From a virus (Duplodnaviria; Caudoviricetes): a DNA stretch of 64,000 nucleotides. The position numbers and the translations under genes are program-made. Under the pieces are notes generated by a model. The model had not been told where the DNA came from, did not search any database, and saw only the letters and a program-made list of their open reading frames with translations. Position 1 is the first letter of the stretch. Every line of letters begins with the position of its first letter. Positions 27,816 to 41,600 of the stretch are shown in pieces. The stretch spans positions 1 to 64,000 of IMG/VR virus record IMGVR_UViG_3300028797_000100. One strand, given 5' to 3'.

Positions 27816-28821
27816 TAGAGATGCTGCTGAGGAATATGGTTTCATAGGATTTCTTACAAAGGAAAGTATTGAGAAACGTGATAAGGACTATCCTATCACA
27901 TCTTCTAAAGAATTCATCAATATAACAGATGAACTTGAAGAATACTTTAGAGATGCATACACTGGACGAGGAGTTCCAGTTGACATGTTCTTATCAAATC
28001 ATATTCCCGCAAAAGACATAGTCCTTCAGTATGATGAATCAAATGAATTTACCGATCTTCATGTCAGTGGTAGACTTTACATTGCTCCACCAACCGAGAT
28101 AAAACAAAAGATTATTGATCTCAGTTCTAAGAACAAGCAGGAAGGTGAGGTATCAACTGTCGAAATAGGAATTGTCAGAATAGATGTGTATGGGGATAGT
28201 CTGTATAGCAAACTCAAATACATGTTCCCAATATATTATGCTGGTGATGAATATGGAATGGTGTTTACATCAACAATAATGGGCTGCTGTGATGATAAAT
28301 CTTATAAAGATTTCAAAGAGAACTACTTCAGAGATAGTTTTGAAAGTCTTGCGAATCAAATGCGCAGTTATTCGATGAATGTATTGTACCATTGGTATAT
28401 GATTCAAACATTGCTGCTCAATCCAGTCGTACTTCCTTATGTAAAGACAACCGTCACTCCTGTTGAATATAAACAATCCAAATCAAAGAAGAACAAGAAA
28501 AAGAAACAGCCTCCAAAGAAATACATCAAGAGAATTCTTCTGGATATGACAACACTGAATGACCTGGCTATATCATATGAGAAACCAAAGATCCATCACA
28601 AAGAACCTATCTGGTGGGTAAGTGGTCACTTCCGTAAATATAAATCAGGTAAGGTTATATGGGTCGATGGTTATTGGAAAGGTCCAGAGAGATTGAAGGC
28701 TGAATTACCTGAACCTAGAGAAAGAGTTTTACCTGAACAATCAGAAGTCAATAGCAATAGCAATCTTGCTTCATTGTTAGATCTGATGATTGATGAATCA
28801 GGAGGAACTTATAACTGCTGA
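27799..28821 (+). CDS. Phage protein with C-terminal VSGHFR...GKVIWVDGYWKG motif
   Basis: Motif recurs in uncharacterised phage proteins; K-rich linker suggests nucleic-acid binding. Confidence 0.75.
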   Translation: MILKINRDAAEEYGFIGFLTKESIEKRDKDYPITSSKEFINITDELEEYFRDAYTGRGVPVDMFLSNHIPAKDIVLQYDESNEFTDLHVSGRLYIAPPTEIKQKIIDLSSKNKQEGEVSTVEIGIVRIDVYGDSLYSKLKYMFPIYYAGDEYGMVFTSTIMGCCDDKSYKDFKENYFRDSFESLANQMRSYSMNVLYHWYMIQTLLLNPVVLPYVKTTVTPVEYKQSKSKKNKKKKQPPKKYIKRILLDMTTLNDLAISYEKPKIHHKEPIWWVSGHFRKYKSGKVIWVDGYWKGPERLKAELPEPRERVLPEQSEVNSNSNLASLLDLMIDESGGTYNC

Positions 28822-28847
28822 TATAAATCATAAGGGGGTGATTTCCA

Positions 28848-29063
28848 ATGTCAACAATATTCATTGTTTTAGCACTGATATTTGCTTCAGGTATGGTGTT
28901 TGCAATACCATTCATGGCATTAGTTGCTAAGGCAAACAAAATGACTATGAGAGAATACTACAGAGAAATGTGTAAGAACAAAAAGCTTCTTATAATTTCA
29001 GCTAGTGGTATCTCTTCAGCTGTCACATGGTTCATAACAACAATGCATGGAATATTGACGTAA
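28848..29063 (+). CDS. Small membrane protein
   Basis: Two hydrophobic segments. Confidence 0.65.
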   Translation: MSTIFIVLALIFASGMVFAIPFMALVAKANKMTMREYYREMCKNKKLLIISASGISSAVTWFITTMHGILT

Positions 29064-29069
29064 AGTTAT

Positions 29070-29116
29070 AAGTTATAGGGGCCCGTAATGGGCCCCAAAT
29101 ATAACTTTCTTTTTTA
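29070..29116. terminator. Terminator between convergent early and structural units
   Basis: AAGTTATA-GGGGCCC-GTAAT-GGGCCCC-AAA-TATAACTT + T tract. Confidence 0.8.
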
Positions 29117-32100
29117 TTGAGCGAATCCATAAACTCCTGTAATGTAGATTGTTGGTGCACTTGAAGTTGTACCAAAATATGTTACACCGCCAGATCCAAT
29201 GGACATACCATAATTCGCAAGTTTTACATTGAGGATTACAGTACCGCCCGATGTATTTGGATCATATTCTATACCGATCTCACCATTGATTGTACGAGAA
29301 TCAGTCAGATCATACTTAACAGATGAGAATGTCACTTGAATATATACTGCTGGTGTTACATGATATGCTGGGACTATTGTTGTTGTCTCATAGTTGTAAC
29401 TTGCATGAGTCATCTTTACAGTCACAAGGAAGAACTTATAGTTCATAGCATCAGCAATGCGAAGTGGAGGTGTTGATGAAGTAGAGTTAAGATTATTCAT
29501 TACAGTCAACTGTCCACTCATATCAGGTAATATAACTGTTCTAGCTGCTGTTCCATTAGTATTGGAAATTGTTGCTGTATATGAACTATTATTGAGAGCA
29601 AGTTGTTTAGTTTGTAAAATACCACCACTAGGATTATATGTGAATGACCCAGTGTTGTCGTAAACAACCTTTGTATTATCTCCGAGATATGCATAGAACA
29701 CATTACGTGCGCCAGCTGAAGAACCATTTTCTGTTGCAATAGAACCAGCCTTATCAGCATAACCCGCAGATATTTTTTCCCATGCTGTGGTCTGCCATGT
29801 GGATCTTTTACGGACCATTTCAATATATGTCGAACCATATGTCCATCTTAAAACAGTACCGTATGCGTTTGTTCCACCCTTTGCAAATATGAAACCATAC
29901 TCAGAACCATTGTTGTTATATGCTGTCGAAACACGACCTGTTGGTACAGCATCAGAATCAAAATATGCCTCAATCTCAGTTGCTGGAGAACCAGAACTAA
30001 TTGTGCCAGTTAGATTACCGAAGCTAGGAGTATACGTATATTGATTGCTACCCGCATTACCATAAACATCGTTTGGGAAGAAAGCTTTCTGATCTCTATC
30101 CCAGTCATAAATATGATCATAATTAGCAAAATAACTCTGACAACTGCTTCCATACCAGCATCCCGAAAATCCGGTAATACCTTTGATATCACCTTTACTG
30201 CTCAGAAAATCAGGATCGACATATGTATATTTGAACACGAATGCGAATTTTATATACTTTCCAGAACTTGTACCAAAACGATATGAAGCGTCTGTTCTGT
30301 GCGGTATAGAGCGCACCATCTGATATGTCCATGTTGCATTTGTATCTTCACCAGCTGATATTAAAACAAACTCATTTGGTGCTGCCACCGTCGCAGCATA
30401 TATATCAATTGCAATTCTATGATAAGAGGAATCAACGTAGAAAACAAATCGATCAAGGACTGCGTCACGACCGTCGCTTTCTATGATAATACGTGTTTGC
30501 ATATTGACAGTTCTATTACCACTACTAGGGCCAATACTAACACTTGCTGTACGTTTACCAATGAACAGATCACGTTTCGTATTATCAGTCACACTATAAG
30601 TAGACCATGTCGATCCTCCATCAGATGAATACTGTACTGTGACCTTATTAGCAGGCATAAACATAAGTTTATTTGCTCTATTTGCAGATGCTATTGGTAC
30701 ATAAGCCGGACTCATAGCCACTGATGTCTTTGCGTATCCCGAATAATGTTCAGTATGTTCGTCAGTTATAAAATTATACCATCTTTGATCAGTACCATCT
30801 ATTGTATGTTGATATTGTGGTGTACCCCAGAATGGTAATCTAAGAATATAACGGAAGTTTGTAGAATGAGTCATTGTAATATAATGAGCCCACCAGTTAC
30901 CACTACTCCCTCCTAATCTACCAATGGTTCCACCAAATGCTGCTGCGGTTTGATAATATCCCATAGTATATGCTTGATATGCATTTGCAGATGTTTCAGC
31001 AGAAGCCGGATTGTATCTGTATAAAGCACCCTTAAAACTCGTCGCAGTTAACATTCCTGCGGTAGTATCCAAATAAACACCAGTGTCAGCAATAGAAGTA
31101 ACTGCCTGAGCTGTTGATGTAGGTGTTGTTGATGTACCTAACAGATATGCTTTGGTAGTGGTTCCGAGAGTAACATTAACCTTTGTATCAGTATTACCCG
31201 AACTAGGAAGGGTGTATGTTCTGGTGTTTACTTTGGTAACATGACCATTACTATCACGAGTAACAGACGTGATTGCTGTGAAAGTTCCACCATGAGATGT
31301 AGTGCTCGTGTCAGTTGAATCTGTAGATGTTGGTATCGTTGGATGGGCTGTAAGGAAAGTTGATCCCTTAGTGAATACCAGTTTATCAGTGCTACTGTTA
31401 TATGCAACACTCGTAATGGCATTTCCCGATCCAGTCGTATTGATTTGTCCGGAATGAAGAACAACATTGTTTGTTGTATCGGTTGGAGCATTTGGTGTGA
31501 AATACATAACGCCATTCTTTATCCAGAAATTATCATAAGTGGTTGAACTTCTGTAGAATGCCAATCCTTCCGTATAACTGTCGGAAAGATCCGCGAACAC
31601 AATTCTGTTTGCATTAATGATATCCGAGTTATTCATATTCAAACCATAGTTGCCTGAATACTGTTCACCCAACATTGTCAATGATCCTGTCATCGTTCCA
31701 CCTGATAAAGGCAAATAGTTGTGTGTATGTCCTACCTTGGATAATTCGACATTATCAATGTATACATGGTCTTTCGTGATAACAAGACCAACTTCTCCAT
31801 TCCATGGATTGGAAGTTGTCTGATATGGCAATAATACAAGCATACCTTTTGTACCGGGAGTTGCACCGTCATACTGGTTGAAGTAACCTATCTCGGCACC
31901 ATAACTACTCCATGTACTACCATATGACCATCTTGCCAATTTAACATAGTTTGAAGAAGCTCTAGTATATATGTCTAATGCGCTGATTGTGTTTGTGACT
32001 GTTCCAAAATTAATTGTACCAGTCATTGGGTAACTCGATCCACCAGACAATGGGAGATATCCTCCGGTAACAGCTGGGGCATATGCTGTTGAAGCTGTAT

Positions 32101-35100
32101 AAGCAGCTGAACCTAAACCATATACACTGACAGCTTTTCCAGCTACATTGATAGTACCATTTCCAGTTGTACTTGTGCCATTGGAAATATCAGCTCTGTC
32201 AATGAGCATTTTCCATGTTTGTGAATAAGATGATCCATTACATGTATATTCGGCAATATGAGCTGTTGGGAATTTAACATAACCCGATGTTGGCGTGAAT
32301 CCTGACGTTGATGGTGCTGAATGAATTCGTAATCTAAATACTCCGGTTTGATAATCCGTTGCATAACCATCAAATTCAATTATAACACCAGCAAGTTGCA
32401 TTTCATAATTTGTTCCGTCTATTGTTAACTGAAGAATGTCATTATCATCATATGCCCATGTTGTGAGTAATGTTAACGATCTGCGTGAATTAGATGTGAT
32501 GTATTCTTTGGTAGTTATCAACCATGTCATCAACGTTTGTAATGAAATACGACTTTGTTTGGTCGAACCAGTTTGAACTGCAAAAGCAGCCGGAGGAACA
32601 GTATAAGCATGATTATGTGATGGAAGTGAAGTAAGGAATGTGGATCCTTTAGTGAAAGTAATCTTTCTGTTATCTCCATCATTCGCTATAGATGCAGATG
32701 TAATAGCATTACCGGAACCAGTTGTCGCAATAGTTATCAAAGCTTTAAATGTGTTCCATAATGCAGATATCGGCCTTCTGTGGTATGACGTAGTAGTTGT
32801 GCCACCACCAGCATATTGTGCAATATAATAATCCGCAAGTTGAGGATTTGACGTTCCTTCACTAAGAAGATTTATTGCAGCATTAACTCCAGCATTCGTA
32901 TTTGGTACATAGTCAGTTGTAGACTTCGTAACGATAGATCCGAATGCACCTTTATTGCAATATGCAAGATTAGATGATGTTCCAGAATAAGCACCGTTCC
33001 AATATGCTATTGAATTTACGGTTACTAATGCAGCATTTGCGGCAGCTCCACTAGACCATCCTATTGTACCAACAGATGTATTGTTTTTAACTGTAACATC
33101 AGCAGGAACACCGTTGCTGAAATAAACCGGTAAGTATGTTCCACCAGCATTCGTATTGAGTTTATTAGCGGAAGTTGCGGCTCCACCAGCTGACGAAGAT
33201 CCCGCATAACTATGTGTGTGACCTTCAAGAGATACTTTTGTCGAATTAGAATAAATATCTGATGGGAAGTAAGCTTTTTGATCTCTATCCCAATTGTACA
33301 AATGATCATAGTTGGCAAATGAACTTTTGCAATCATTACCCCAGAAGCTTCCAGAGAATCCAAGAATTCCAAAAATACCTGTGTAATTGTGATCACTTAC
33401 AGACGCTTGATCTGGATCAACATATGTATGTCTGAATACAAAAGCAAACTTCTTCATATTGGATGAACTAAATCTATATGTTGTTGATTCACTATGTGGG
33501 ATTGTAATCGTATATTCATACATCCAAGACGGTAATTCTTCACCTGTAAATATCTTAACGAAATCATTCGGTGCAGAAGCTGTTGCAACGTAGACATCGA
33601 CTGCTATTCGTTGATAACCCGCATCGAGATAGAAAACAAATCTATCAAGTACAACGTCACGTCCATCATTTTCTATGATGACACGTGTTTGCATATTGAC
33701 GGTTCTATTACCGGTAGTTGGTCCAATACTAATAGTACTTCCACGTTTACTAATAAACAGATCGCATTTAGCATTAGCAGATGTTCCCATATCTGTCCAT
33801 GAACTGCCACCATTAGTTGAGTATTGAATTGTGATTTTGTCTGCAGGCATGAAGGCCAGTTTATTAGCTTTATTGGCCGGAGTTAATGGCATCATGACAG
33901 GATTCATCGGTTTTGATGTAAGAACCCAATCGGAATAACCAGCAACATGTTCATCTGTTATGAAGTTGAACCATCTCTTATCTTCACCGTCATTTGTATG
34001 CTGGAACTGAGGAGGTCCCCAGAATGGTAATCTGAGAATATAACGATAAGAGGTACTGTGTGTAAATGTTAGATAATGGGCCCACCAAGTGTCACCACTA
34101 TTTCCCAATCTACCATCGGTTCCAGCGTAAGCACTCGATGTTTGATAATATGCCATGGTATATGCTTGATATGCATTTGCAGATGTTTCAGCAGAAGCTG
34201 GATTATATCTATATAAAGCACCATTGAAACTCTTGGCTGTTAACATACCAGCAGTGGTATCAAGATAAACACCAGTGTCAGCTATAGAAGTAACTGCCTG
34301 AGCCGTAGAAGTTGGTGTTGTGCTTGTACCAAGTAAGTATGCCTTTGTTGTAGTTCCAAGTGTAACATTAACTTTTGTATCAGTATTACCTGAACCTGGT
34401 AATGTATATGTTCTTGTATTTATTTTTGTAACATGTCCATTAGAATCGCGTGTAACTGATGTAACAGCAGAGAATGTTCCACCATGTGTTGTCGAACTTG
34501 AATCGGTTGAATCCGTTGACGTTGGTATTGATGGATGTGTTGTAAGGAATGTACTACCCTTAGTGAATGTAAGTTTCTGAGTAGATGAATCAAATGCAAC
34601 ACTTGTAACAGCATTACCAGAACCAGTGGTGGTGAAGTTTCCTGAATGTAAAGCGTAATATGCTGTATGATCCCATGATCCGGCAGTAGCACTTGATGCA
34701 GTGTATTTTGGCACTGATATCAATATGGATGAATTGCCTGTTAATGTACCACCAGAAGTTGTTGGTAATGTACCAGTCCAACCAGTTGAAATGTATGTAC
34801 CGCCTTTGTGATGGCGATTCGTACTCATCGTAGAACCGATCCACAGGTTTGAACCATTGTCATATACACCACCATATTCAGTACCACTTGAATCTTTCAG
34901 ATAGTAACCATGACTGGTTGCAGCTGTTTTATGATCTGTGGCTGTTAAAATACCATTAACAGTTGCATTGCCGTTAAGATATGTTGTACCATTCACATAT
35001 AGATTGTATGATGTGTTTGGAAGATCGGTACCTATACTGATACTAGTTTTTGCATGGAAACGTTTTGAAATAACATTCCAATCTGTTTGATTAGATACAA

Positions 35101-37339
35101 AGTGCCAGCTAACACCTGCAGCCGCAGAATCATGATCAGTAAATATGATCGCACCATCCTGACCACCTCCGATATTGAGTGAAGATGCTGTATTGAAATT
35201 AATCTGAGGACCTCCATCACCATATGAAATGATTCCTGTTGTTCCACTGATTAGAGATGCAGCATCATTACCAACACCAGCTCCGTATATATGAAGTATT
35301 CTACGAGAAACAGGAGTCGATGCAGTTGAATTGATTTCATCATATGCAACATATCCTGATGGTGAAAGCGTATTATTAGCGCTATAATATGCAACTTTCT
35401 TGGCTGTGCCGGCGCTAACAGTTGAACTCAAACTATATGTGCAGTTGGTAGCTGTACCGGATGAAATGTATATCGGCTGAGTTGCACTACCCTTTGAAAC
35501 GGCTGTCGCTGAATCAACATGTCCATCTGTATTTACTGTGATATTGTACAAACCAGCTGTTGAAGCTGCACTGTTAAGCACTTTCATATGTTTGATGTCA
35601 TATGTTGAAGATCCTGATGTTAATGTACCGAGTTTTGTACCAGCTGCTGAAGTTGAATATGATACCGTTGCAGATGAACCAGTGTCACCTTTTTCACCTT
35701 TAAGATTCTTAAATGCAAAAGCGAATGTTCTGGCTGATGCGGTACCTCCGGCTGTTACGGTAACAGAAGGAGTTCCTACATTCGCATCTACAGTTGCAGT
35801 GGCTCCAGTTATGGTTGCATTTGTACCAGCCGCACCTGTATCACCTTTAGCACCTTTCAGATTGGTGAAAGCAAATGCGAACGTACGAGCAGAAGCGGTT
35901 CCACCTGCAGTAACAGTAACCCCTGGTGTTCCAGTGTTGGCGTCAACAGTTGCGGTTGCACCGGTGATCGTAGCATTGGTACCTGCAGCACCAGTCTCAC
36001 CCTTGTCACCTTTATCTCCCTTATCACCCTTGGGGCCACGGACACCACAAAGGCTTGTACCATCATAATAGTACATTGGATGTTGAGCAAACAAAGCTAA
36101 CTGATAAACAGATGTACTATACATACATCCAAGGAGGATGTAATACTTACCAGATACAAATGTCTGTGTCAAACCATTTGTTGTAATAGAGAATGTATTA
36201 TCACTGTTAAGCACACACTCAAGATACACAGGTTTGTATTGAGCAAATCCAGATGATGATGTTTTGTTACAAGAATATCTCAAATCGATATTCGCAAACT
36301 GTTCATACAGATAATTGTTTCCAATAACACTTCCATTGGCATATGTAGCATTCTGACTCTGATACATAATTACCGGAGGATACATGAACTTTGCAGTTGT
36401 ATTGAACTGCTTGGTTGTTGTTGGAGAACCATTGGCATCACCAGTTGTAGTAAATGCTTCCATTCTCTGAGCATTATTCATTGCACATATCGAATATCTG
36501 AATACACCAACTCCTCCAGCATAGATTCTGGTTTGCATTGATGTACGATCATATGTGTTTCCTGAATCATAGTAATCGATACCTTGCCATACACCTCCAG
36601 AAACAGTAACACGATCGTTACCTCCATTAAGGGGAAACATACTAGCAGCACTACCGTCACTTTTGAAGATGAACACAGCGTAGTTTCCATTTGCATAATG
36701 TGTTGTCAATCTGCTTGTGCTTGTTACGACAGCAGGATGATATGATGCACCATTATTAATTGAAATATATACACCATAATCATGTCCAGCAACAGGTATT
36801 TTTACTGTAATGATATCACCATCTGAAGGTGTTTGTCCGGTATCATATGTCCATTTTGCCGGAAAATATCTAGGGCTAACACCACTACCTTTATCTTGTG
36901 CAGCAGTACCAGTACCTTTGACTATGTAATTGAGAGCTTTTGTGGTAGTAACTCTATCAGTCAAAGTTCCTCCTGATAATGGAAGATATGCCGTTGGATC
37001 GAATTCGCCGACAATCTGATAGTATGATCCATCATAGACGAACATCATATATCTATTGGCAGCTAACTGTCCAGCATTCTCGAGGTTTGCATTTTTATAT
37101 TTAATTGATTTAGCACCAGTACCATCAACGTTTAATGTTAATGATGAAACAGATGCGGTATTTGTGTTTGCAAATTTTACAACAACCCATGCACCAGTAT
37201 ACAGTTTGAAATTTCCGATTGTAACTGTTTTTGCAGCAGTAGCAGCGGCATCAGAACACGAACCAACATGGGGAAACAATTCTCGTACATCATAAGTTGT
37301 ACCATTTGTTCCAGTAATTTTTGAAACATAATTTGCCAT
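29114..37339 (-). CDS. Giant tail fibre/receptor-binding protein (2741 aa) with collagen-like and duplicated modules
   Basis: [10 protein letters not shown] collagen repeats, YLPLSGG and GHTH fibre motifs, large internal duplication. Confidence 0.85.
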   Translation of the reverse strand: MANYVSKITGTNGTTYDVRELFPHVGSCSDAAATAAKTVTIGNFKLYTGAWVVVKFANTNTASVSSLTLNVDGTGAKSIKYKNANLENAGQLAANRYMMFVYDGSYYQIVGEFDPTAYLPLSGGTLTDRVTTTKALNYIVKGTGTAAQDKGSGVSPRYFPAKWTYDTGQTPSDGDIITVKIPVAGHDYGVYISINNGASYHPAVVTSTSRLTTHYANGNYAVFIFKSDGSAASMFPLNGGNDRVTVSGGVWQGIDYYDSGNTYDRTSMQTRIYAGGVGVFRYSICAMNNAQRMEAFTTTGDANGSPTTTKQFNTTAKFMYPPVIMYQSQNATYANGSVIGNNYLYEQFANIDLRYSCNKTSSSGFAQYKPVYLECVLNSDNTFSITTNGLTQTFVSGKYYILLGCMYSTSVYQLALFAQHPMYYYDGTSLCGVRGPKGDKGDKGDKGETGAAGTNATITGATATVDANTGTPGVTVTAGGTASARTFAFAFTNLKGAKGDTGAAGTNATITGATATVDANVGTPSVTVTAGGTASARTFAFAFKNLKGEKGDTGSSATVSYSTSAAGTKLGTLTSGSSTYDIKHMKVLNSAASTAGLYNITVNTDGHVDSATAVSKGSATQPIYISSGTATNCTYSLSSTVSAGTAKKVAYYSANNTLSPSGYVAYDEINSTASTPVSRRILHIYGAGVGNDAASLISGTTGIISYGDGGPQINFNTASSLNIGGGQDGAIIFTDHDSAAAGVSWHFVSNQTDWNVISKRFHAKTSISIGTDLPNTSYNLYVNGTTYLNGNATVNGILTATDHKTAATSHGYYLKDSSGTEYGGVYDNGSNLWIGSTMSTNRHHKGGTYISTGWTGTLPTTSGGTLTGNSSILISVPKYTASSATAGSWDHTAYYALHSGNFTTTGSGNAVTSVAFDSSTQKLTFTKGSTFLTTHPSIPTSTDSTDSSSTTHGGTFSAVTSVTRDSNGHVTKINTRTYTLPGSGNTDTKVNVTLGTTTKAYLLGTSTTPTSTAQAVTSIADTGVYLDTTAGMLTAKSFNGALYRYNPASAETSANAYQAYTMAYYQTSSAYAGTDGRLGNSGDTWWAHYLTFTHSTSYRYILRLPFWGPPQFQHTNDGEDKRWFNFITDEHVAGYSDWVLTSKPMNPVMMPLTPANKANKLAFMPADKITIQYSTNGGSSWTDMGTSANAKCDLFISKRGSTISIGPTTGNRTVNMQTRVIIENDGRDVVLDRFVFYLDAGYQRIAVDVYVATASAPNDFVKIFTGEELPSWMYEYTITIPHSESTTYRFSSSNMKKFAFVFRHTYVDPDQASVSDHNYTGIFGILGFSGSFWGNDCKSSFANYDHLYNWDRDQKAYFPSDIYSNSTKVSLEGHTHSYAGSSSAGGAATSANKLNTNAGGTYLPVYFSNGVPADVTVKNNTSVGTIGWSSGAAANAALVTVNSIAYWNGAYSGTSSNLAYCNKGAFGSIVTKSTTDYVPNTNAGVNAAINLLSEGTSNPQLADYYIAQYAGGGTTTTSYHRRPISALWNTFKALITIATTGSGNAITSASIANDGDNRKITFTKGSTFLTSLPSHNHAYTVPPAAFAVQTGSTKQSRISLQTLMTWLITTKEYITSNSRRSLTLLTTWAYDDNDILQLTIDGTNYEMQLAGVIIEFDGYATDYQTGVFRLRIHSAPSTSGFTPTSGYVKFPTAHIAEYTCNGSSYSQTWKMLIDRADISNGTSTTGNGTINVAGKAVSVYGLGSAAYTASTAYAPAVTGGYLPLSGGSSYPMTGTINFGTVTNTISALDIYTRASSNYVKLARWSYGSTWSSYGAEIGYFNQYDGATPGTKGMLVLLPYQTTSNPWNGEVGLVITKDHVYIDNVELSKVGHTHNYLPLSGGTMTGSLTMLGEQYSGNYGLNMNNSDIINANRIVFADLSDSYTEGLAFYRSSTTYDNFWIKNGVMYFTPNAPTDTTNNVVLHSGQINTTGSGNAITSVAYNSSTDKLVFTKGSTFLTAHPTIPTSTDSTDTSTTSHGGTFTAITSVTRDSNGHVTKVNTRTYTLPSSGNTDTKVNVTLGTTTKAYLLGTSTTPTSTAQAVTSIADTGVYLDTTAGMLTATSFKGALYRYNPASAETSANAYQAYTMGYYQTAAAFGGTIGRLGGSSGNWWAHYITMTHSTNFRYILRLPFWGTPQYQHTIDGTDQRWYNFITDEHTEHYSGYAKTSVAMSPAYVPIASANRANKLMFMPANKVTVQYSSDGGSTWSTYSVTDNTKRDLFIGKRTASVSIGPSSGNRTVNMQTRIIIESDGRDAVLDRFVFYVDSSYHRIAIDIYAATVAAPNEFVLISAGEDTNATWTYQMVRSIPHRTDASYRFGTSSGKYIKFAFVFKYTYVDPDFLSSKGDIKGITGFSGCWYGSSCQSYFANYDHIYDWDRDQKAFFPNDVYGNAGSNQYTYTPSFGNLTGTISSGSPATEIEAYFDSDAVPTGRVSTAYNNNGSEYGFIFAKGGTNAYGTVLRWTYGSTYIEMVRKRSTWQTTAWEKISAGYADKAGSIATENGSSAGARNVFYAYLGDNTKVVYDNTGSFTYNPSGGILQTKQLALNNSSYTATISNTNGTAARTVILPDMSGQLTVMNNLNSTSSTPPLRIADAMNYKFFLVTVKMTHASYNYETTTIVPAYHVTPAVYIQVTFSSVKYDLTDSRTINGEIGIEYDPNTSGGTVILNVKLANYGMSIGSGGVTYFGTTSSAPTIYITGVYGFAQ

Positions 37340-37372
37340 TGTTGAAAACTCCTTTCCTTTATTAATGGAAAC

Positions 37373-37386
37373 TTACATGAACGTTT
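37373..37386 (-). promoter_or_regulatory. Putative late promoter AAAC-N7-TAA
   Basis: AAACGTTCATGTAA upstream of the tail fibre RBS. Confidence 0.5.
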
Positions 37387-37406
37387 TATGCAATAAAATC
37401 ATATAA

Positions 37407-37437
37407 AATATATCGGGGCATAATGCCCCGATATATT
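37407..37437 (-). terminator. Hairpin terminator after the 37448 gene
   Basis: AATATATCGGGGCA-TAA-TGCCCCGATATATT. Confidence 0.7.
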
Positions 37438-37447
37438 CTTTTTATTG

Positions 37448-38659
37448 TCAAGGAGTTGTATCAGGTGTAACAGTAATTGTTGCAGCTGTACCAGAGAATG
37501 TAGGCTGTGATACAGAACCTGCAGCTGTAGTAGTACCAGAGAGCTGAGTTTTGGTACCTGTAAATGTTGGCTGAGATACTGTACCGGATGCAGTTGTTGT
37601 ACCAGCAAGTTGTGTCTTTGTACCAGTAAACGTAGGCTGTGACACCGTACCAGTAGCAGTACCAGATACTGAGATTGATGTAGCAGTTGTAGAGAGACTT
37701 GTGGATGCACTTGTAGGAAGATCAAATGATGACGCAACAAGTCTTGCACCTGTACCAGTAAAGGTTGGTTGTGTAACTGATTTAACAGTTGTGGCAACCG
37801 TTGTAGCAGATCCCTTTGTAGGAAGTGTTCCAGCACTCCATGCAAATGTAAGATTCTCGTTTGTGGAATCATATGTTGCAGACCAAGCCGGAAGAGTTCC
37901 AACTGCAGTTATACTATTAACTGATGTAGTATTCATTGTTACAGCTGTACCAGTGCATGTTCCTTCTGGAGTATATGTCGCAGTACCAGTTGAAGCTTTA
38001 CTAACCTCAAGAGCTGTTGCCGTTGTAGACAATGTCGTTGAAGCACTTGTTGGCATATTGACAGAACCGGTTGATGTAAACGATGTGCCGGTAAATGTTG
38101 GTTGAGATACTGTACCCTTTGGCTGATAATTACCGGAAGTATTATCAGTAGCAGTAATTGTTACAGTAGATGAAGAACCAGTAAACGATGGCTGAGAAAC
38201 AGTACCTTTTGGTTGATAGTTACCGCTAGCATTATCAGTTGCTGTAATAGTAACAGATGAAGATGAACCAGTAAATGTTGGTTTGGATACCGTACCAGCC
38301 GGTGTGTATGATGTTGATGCAGTATCAACGAAAGCCATGGTACCAAGTTCGGACAAATCACCGAACTCGTGCCATGCTGTTCCATCGAATATGAATTCGT
38401 CAGCATCCTGGGTGACGATGTCACCGGCTATTGCGGTAACAGACTTTGTTGTACTACCTGAACCTTTTATGGTAACAGGGTTCTTTGTTGAACCATCTTC
38501 GATCTGGTTGGCAGCACCATCGGCAATTGAACCGATGTAATGCATACCTGATTCAATGAGTTCTTCTATATGGGCAATCTCGGTTCTAGACCAAGCGTCC
38601 TTTAAATCATAGACGGTACCGTTAGGCAACGTGATTTGAGAAATTAAAGCATTCGGCAT
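37448..38659 (-). CDS. Thr/Ser/Gly-rich virion fibre protein with GTVSQPTFTG repeats
   Basis: About 7 copies of G(T/S)VSQP(T/S)F(T/S)G-like repeats; N-terminus ISQITLPNGTVYDLKD resembles [16 protein letters not shown] of the tail fibre. Confidence 0.8.
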   Translation of the reverse strand: MPNALISQITLPNGTVYDLKDAWSRTEIAHIEELIESGMHYIGSIADGAANQIEDGSTKNPVTIKGSGSTTKSVTAIAGDIVTQDADEFIFDGTAWHEFGDLSELGTMAFVDTASTSYTPAGTVSKPTFTGSSSSVTITATDNASGNYQPKGTVSQPSFTGSSSTVTITATDNTSGNYQPKGTVSQPTFTGTSFTSTGSVNMPTSASTTLSTTATALEVSKASTGTATYTPEGTCTGTAVTMNTTSVNSITAVGTLPAWSATYDSTNENLTFAWSAGTLPTKGSATTVATTVKSVTQPTFTGTGARLVASSFDLPTSASTSLSTTATSISVSGTATGTVSQPTFTGTKTQLAGTTTASGTVSQPTFTGTKTQLSGTTTAAGSVSQPTFSGTAATITVTPDTTP

Positions 38660-38679
38660 ATTTATAACCTACCTTTCAT

Positions 38680-41600
38680 TTATGTATTATAGAACTCAAG
38701 ATTTTCAGATGATGGATTAGTTACACGAACACCAACTCTATCATCTTGTAAATATTGAACTTCTTGTTCCAAACGTTCTATATGTTCGATAGCTTCATTC
38801 ACTTTCTCAAATGCAGTGTCATATGTTTCACCGTCTTCAATGAGATGAAGCTCTCCTGTATAATATACGTCACTATCAAAGGTGACCGCTGTTGTTGGAT
38901 CTAGACCAACATAGTGTTTATCATACCATGTCGTACTTACAAATGTGTCACCAGCTGTACCGAGAACATAGTTGTCATTCTCATATTTGTAATGTTGTGT
39001 CGGATCCCAATCTGGAGGTGCTGTAGTTATTTCATCATATGTGAGTTCGAAATATTTGTCCCAGTGATCATCCCAGTCTGCAGGTTTAGTATGTAATAAC
39101 ACATATGAATCTGTCGTGTTTACTCGAACATACTGCGTACCACTACCAATCGCTTCGATCGCACCATTGGCATCAAACTGAAGGCCATCACCTAATTTCG
39201 CCGTGATGACGTTATTCAATGGAACTACTTTGTCGAATGTAATATTCGAGTATCTCTCGGAATTTCCAGTTGAAGCAACACCAAATCTGAGAGATAATTT
39301 AGTACATGTGCTCGATGTTGTGAATATGTTTACATTCGTATTGGCATTGTTTACAATGTACATTACACCGGTATATGTTGTACCACTAACTTCAAACACG
39401 AACATATTTCCAGACGTACCGTTTGTAGATTCCCAAGATACTCTGTACTTTGTGTTTGGTTCGGCAGTTATATAGTAACCACTCCATCCATCATAATGAT
39501 CTGTAAAACAATCGTTATTTGTTGCTGTTAATGTAAAGGCATCTAATGCCGGTGTTTTTGAAATGTTGCCGTTACTTGCACCGATTACATTTATGAATGC
39601 GCTCTGATTAAACTCTGTCGGTATTAATGTTTCACCACCGAACTCAATACCTTGACCTGGATAATACAGATTTGAATCAATTTCAATCGCATCATTGGAA
39701 TCAAAGTGTAATCCATCACCAAGTTTTACCTGAAGTTTATCTAATGAATCAAATTCAAGGCCCTTCGCTATGTCAGCATTGATTATAGTTGTATTTGGAT
39801 CAAAGTTATCTATTTCATAGAAATGAATGTTTGAATAACTGATAGTATCTCCAGAGTTTTGAACACCAAAACGGAAATTGATCGTTCCTGATGTAACTGC
39901 AGTGAATTCAAGATAATCTTGAACTGATTGGTCTACCCAATGCAAATTTGTTTCCGAAACATTTTCAAATGCAAAAATTCTGCCTGACACTGACGGATTA
40001 CTTGAATCCCATGTTAAACGATAAACATGACCGGCAACAATAGGAAACGTATATACATTTTGAGCACTCGTGTTTGAATAAGGTCCAGTATAACAATCAT
40101 TACCAGTAGCTGTTAAAGTAAGCACCTCATGTTCTGAATCAACTGTCTTGGTACCATTATGCATTGATGTGATTTTTGCCACAAATGCATCAAAATCAAA
40201 ACCCAAATCAGTCATTCCTGGATGTGTAAATGTGATACCGTCACCAGCCACATATTCGCCACCACTACTACCGGGTATTGCCCATGTACCATCTCCTCTA
40301 AGGAATTTGGTGTTGTCAGTAGCGCCTGGTGCTGGAACAATACCTGCGGTACCAGCATTAGTACCGTCAGCACCAGTCATCTCATCAACAGTTATAGCAT
40401 CATTAGAATCAAATGATAAACCATTACCCAATTTAGCATTTATTGATATTGGGAAATCTGATCTTACTGGACCAGCAATCAAATCGCTTCCTGATGGAGC
40501 ATAGAATAAGTCGTTGACCAAATCATATAGACCTACAACATGTTGTGGTGACTCACATGGAATGAGTCTTCGAATACGAGTATTGTTGTTATCATATATA
40601 TCAACACTGTATATCTTTACGCTTGAACCAAACCCGCTTGATGTAAACGGTGAGAATAATTTGAATGTATCATTACTGGCTCCGGTGCTACTACCATCCG
40701 TAACAGAAGAACCATCTACTTCAAGACGACATGGATTTATTTCGTCATGATGCCATATGGCTGTATTTCGCTGAGTTGTATCGGAATTCGCGATGACTCC
40801 ACTCATTTCGAATTGTTCAGAAACATTTGAACCAAAATACGTTCCCGAGTTCAAACCAATACCCATAAGCTGTCTGTGATTAGATGCATCATATTGGAGA
40901 TCCATATAAGCGGTAAAACCATGTGAAACTCCTGTGTCGATATATGATAAGGTGCCGTCACTTGCGACATACTCGAGCTGAATATATCCAGTAGGTAGGT
41001 CAGATGCTTGTGCAAATGAAATACCATCACCCGCAACATATTCATTACCACCAGTGGCATCGAGCACACCAGTTACTGGGTCAATCGTGAGATTGTTACC
41101 AACCTTAATACCACCGAGAGTTGTATCAGAAGCAATTGGTAAAGGTTCACTTGGGATAGTAAGTGTCTTATCAACGTTATCACGATAATGAAATGTCAAT
41201 TCATTTAAAGCGTTCGGATCCTCTTGTGTAACATCCAAGATACCATCATTGTATATGATACCTGTGTATTCTGACATTGGATCATCTGGATCCGGATCAG
41301 GTGGTACAACAGTCTCCATATAAACATCGAGTGGTTTAGTCGTTGTCAATACATCTATTGTATTGATAGTATTGGGTATCAATTGAATCTGCTGCAATGG
41401 AATTGGAACTGGATTGATTACTTCCTTCAATCTATACAGAACTGGGTCAATGAAGTAATCGGGATCACTAGCTACAACCGATGATGCAATACGTAAATAT
41501 TTCTCACCGAGTAATGGTGTAATTATTACCTTTGAATATTGTCCACGTAAAATCGTTCTCGTACGATTGTAATTCGCATCATACATATTAACATTGGCAT

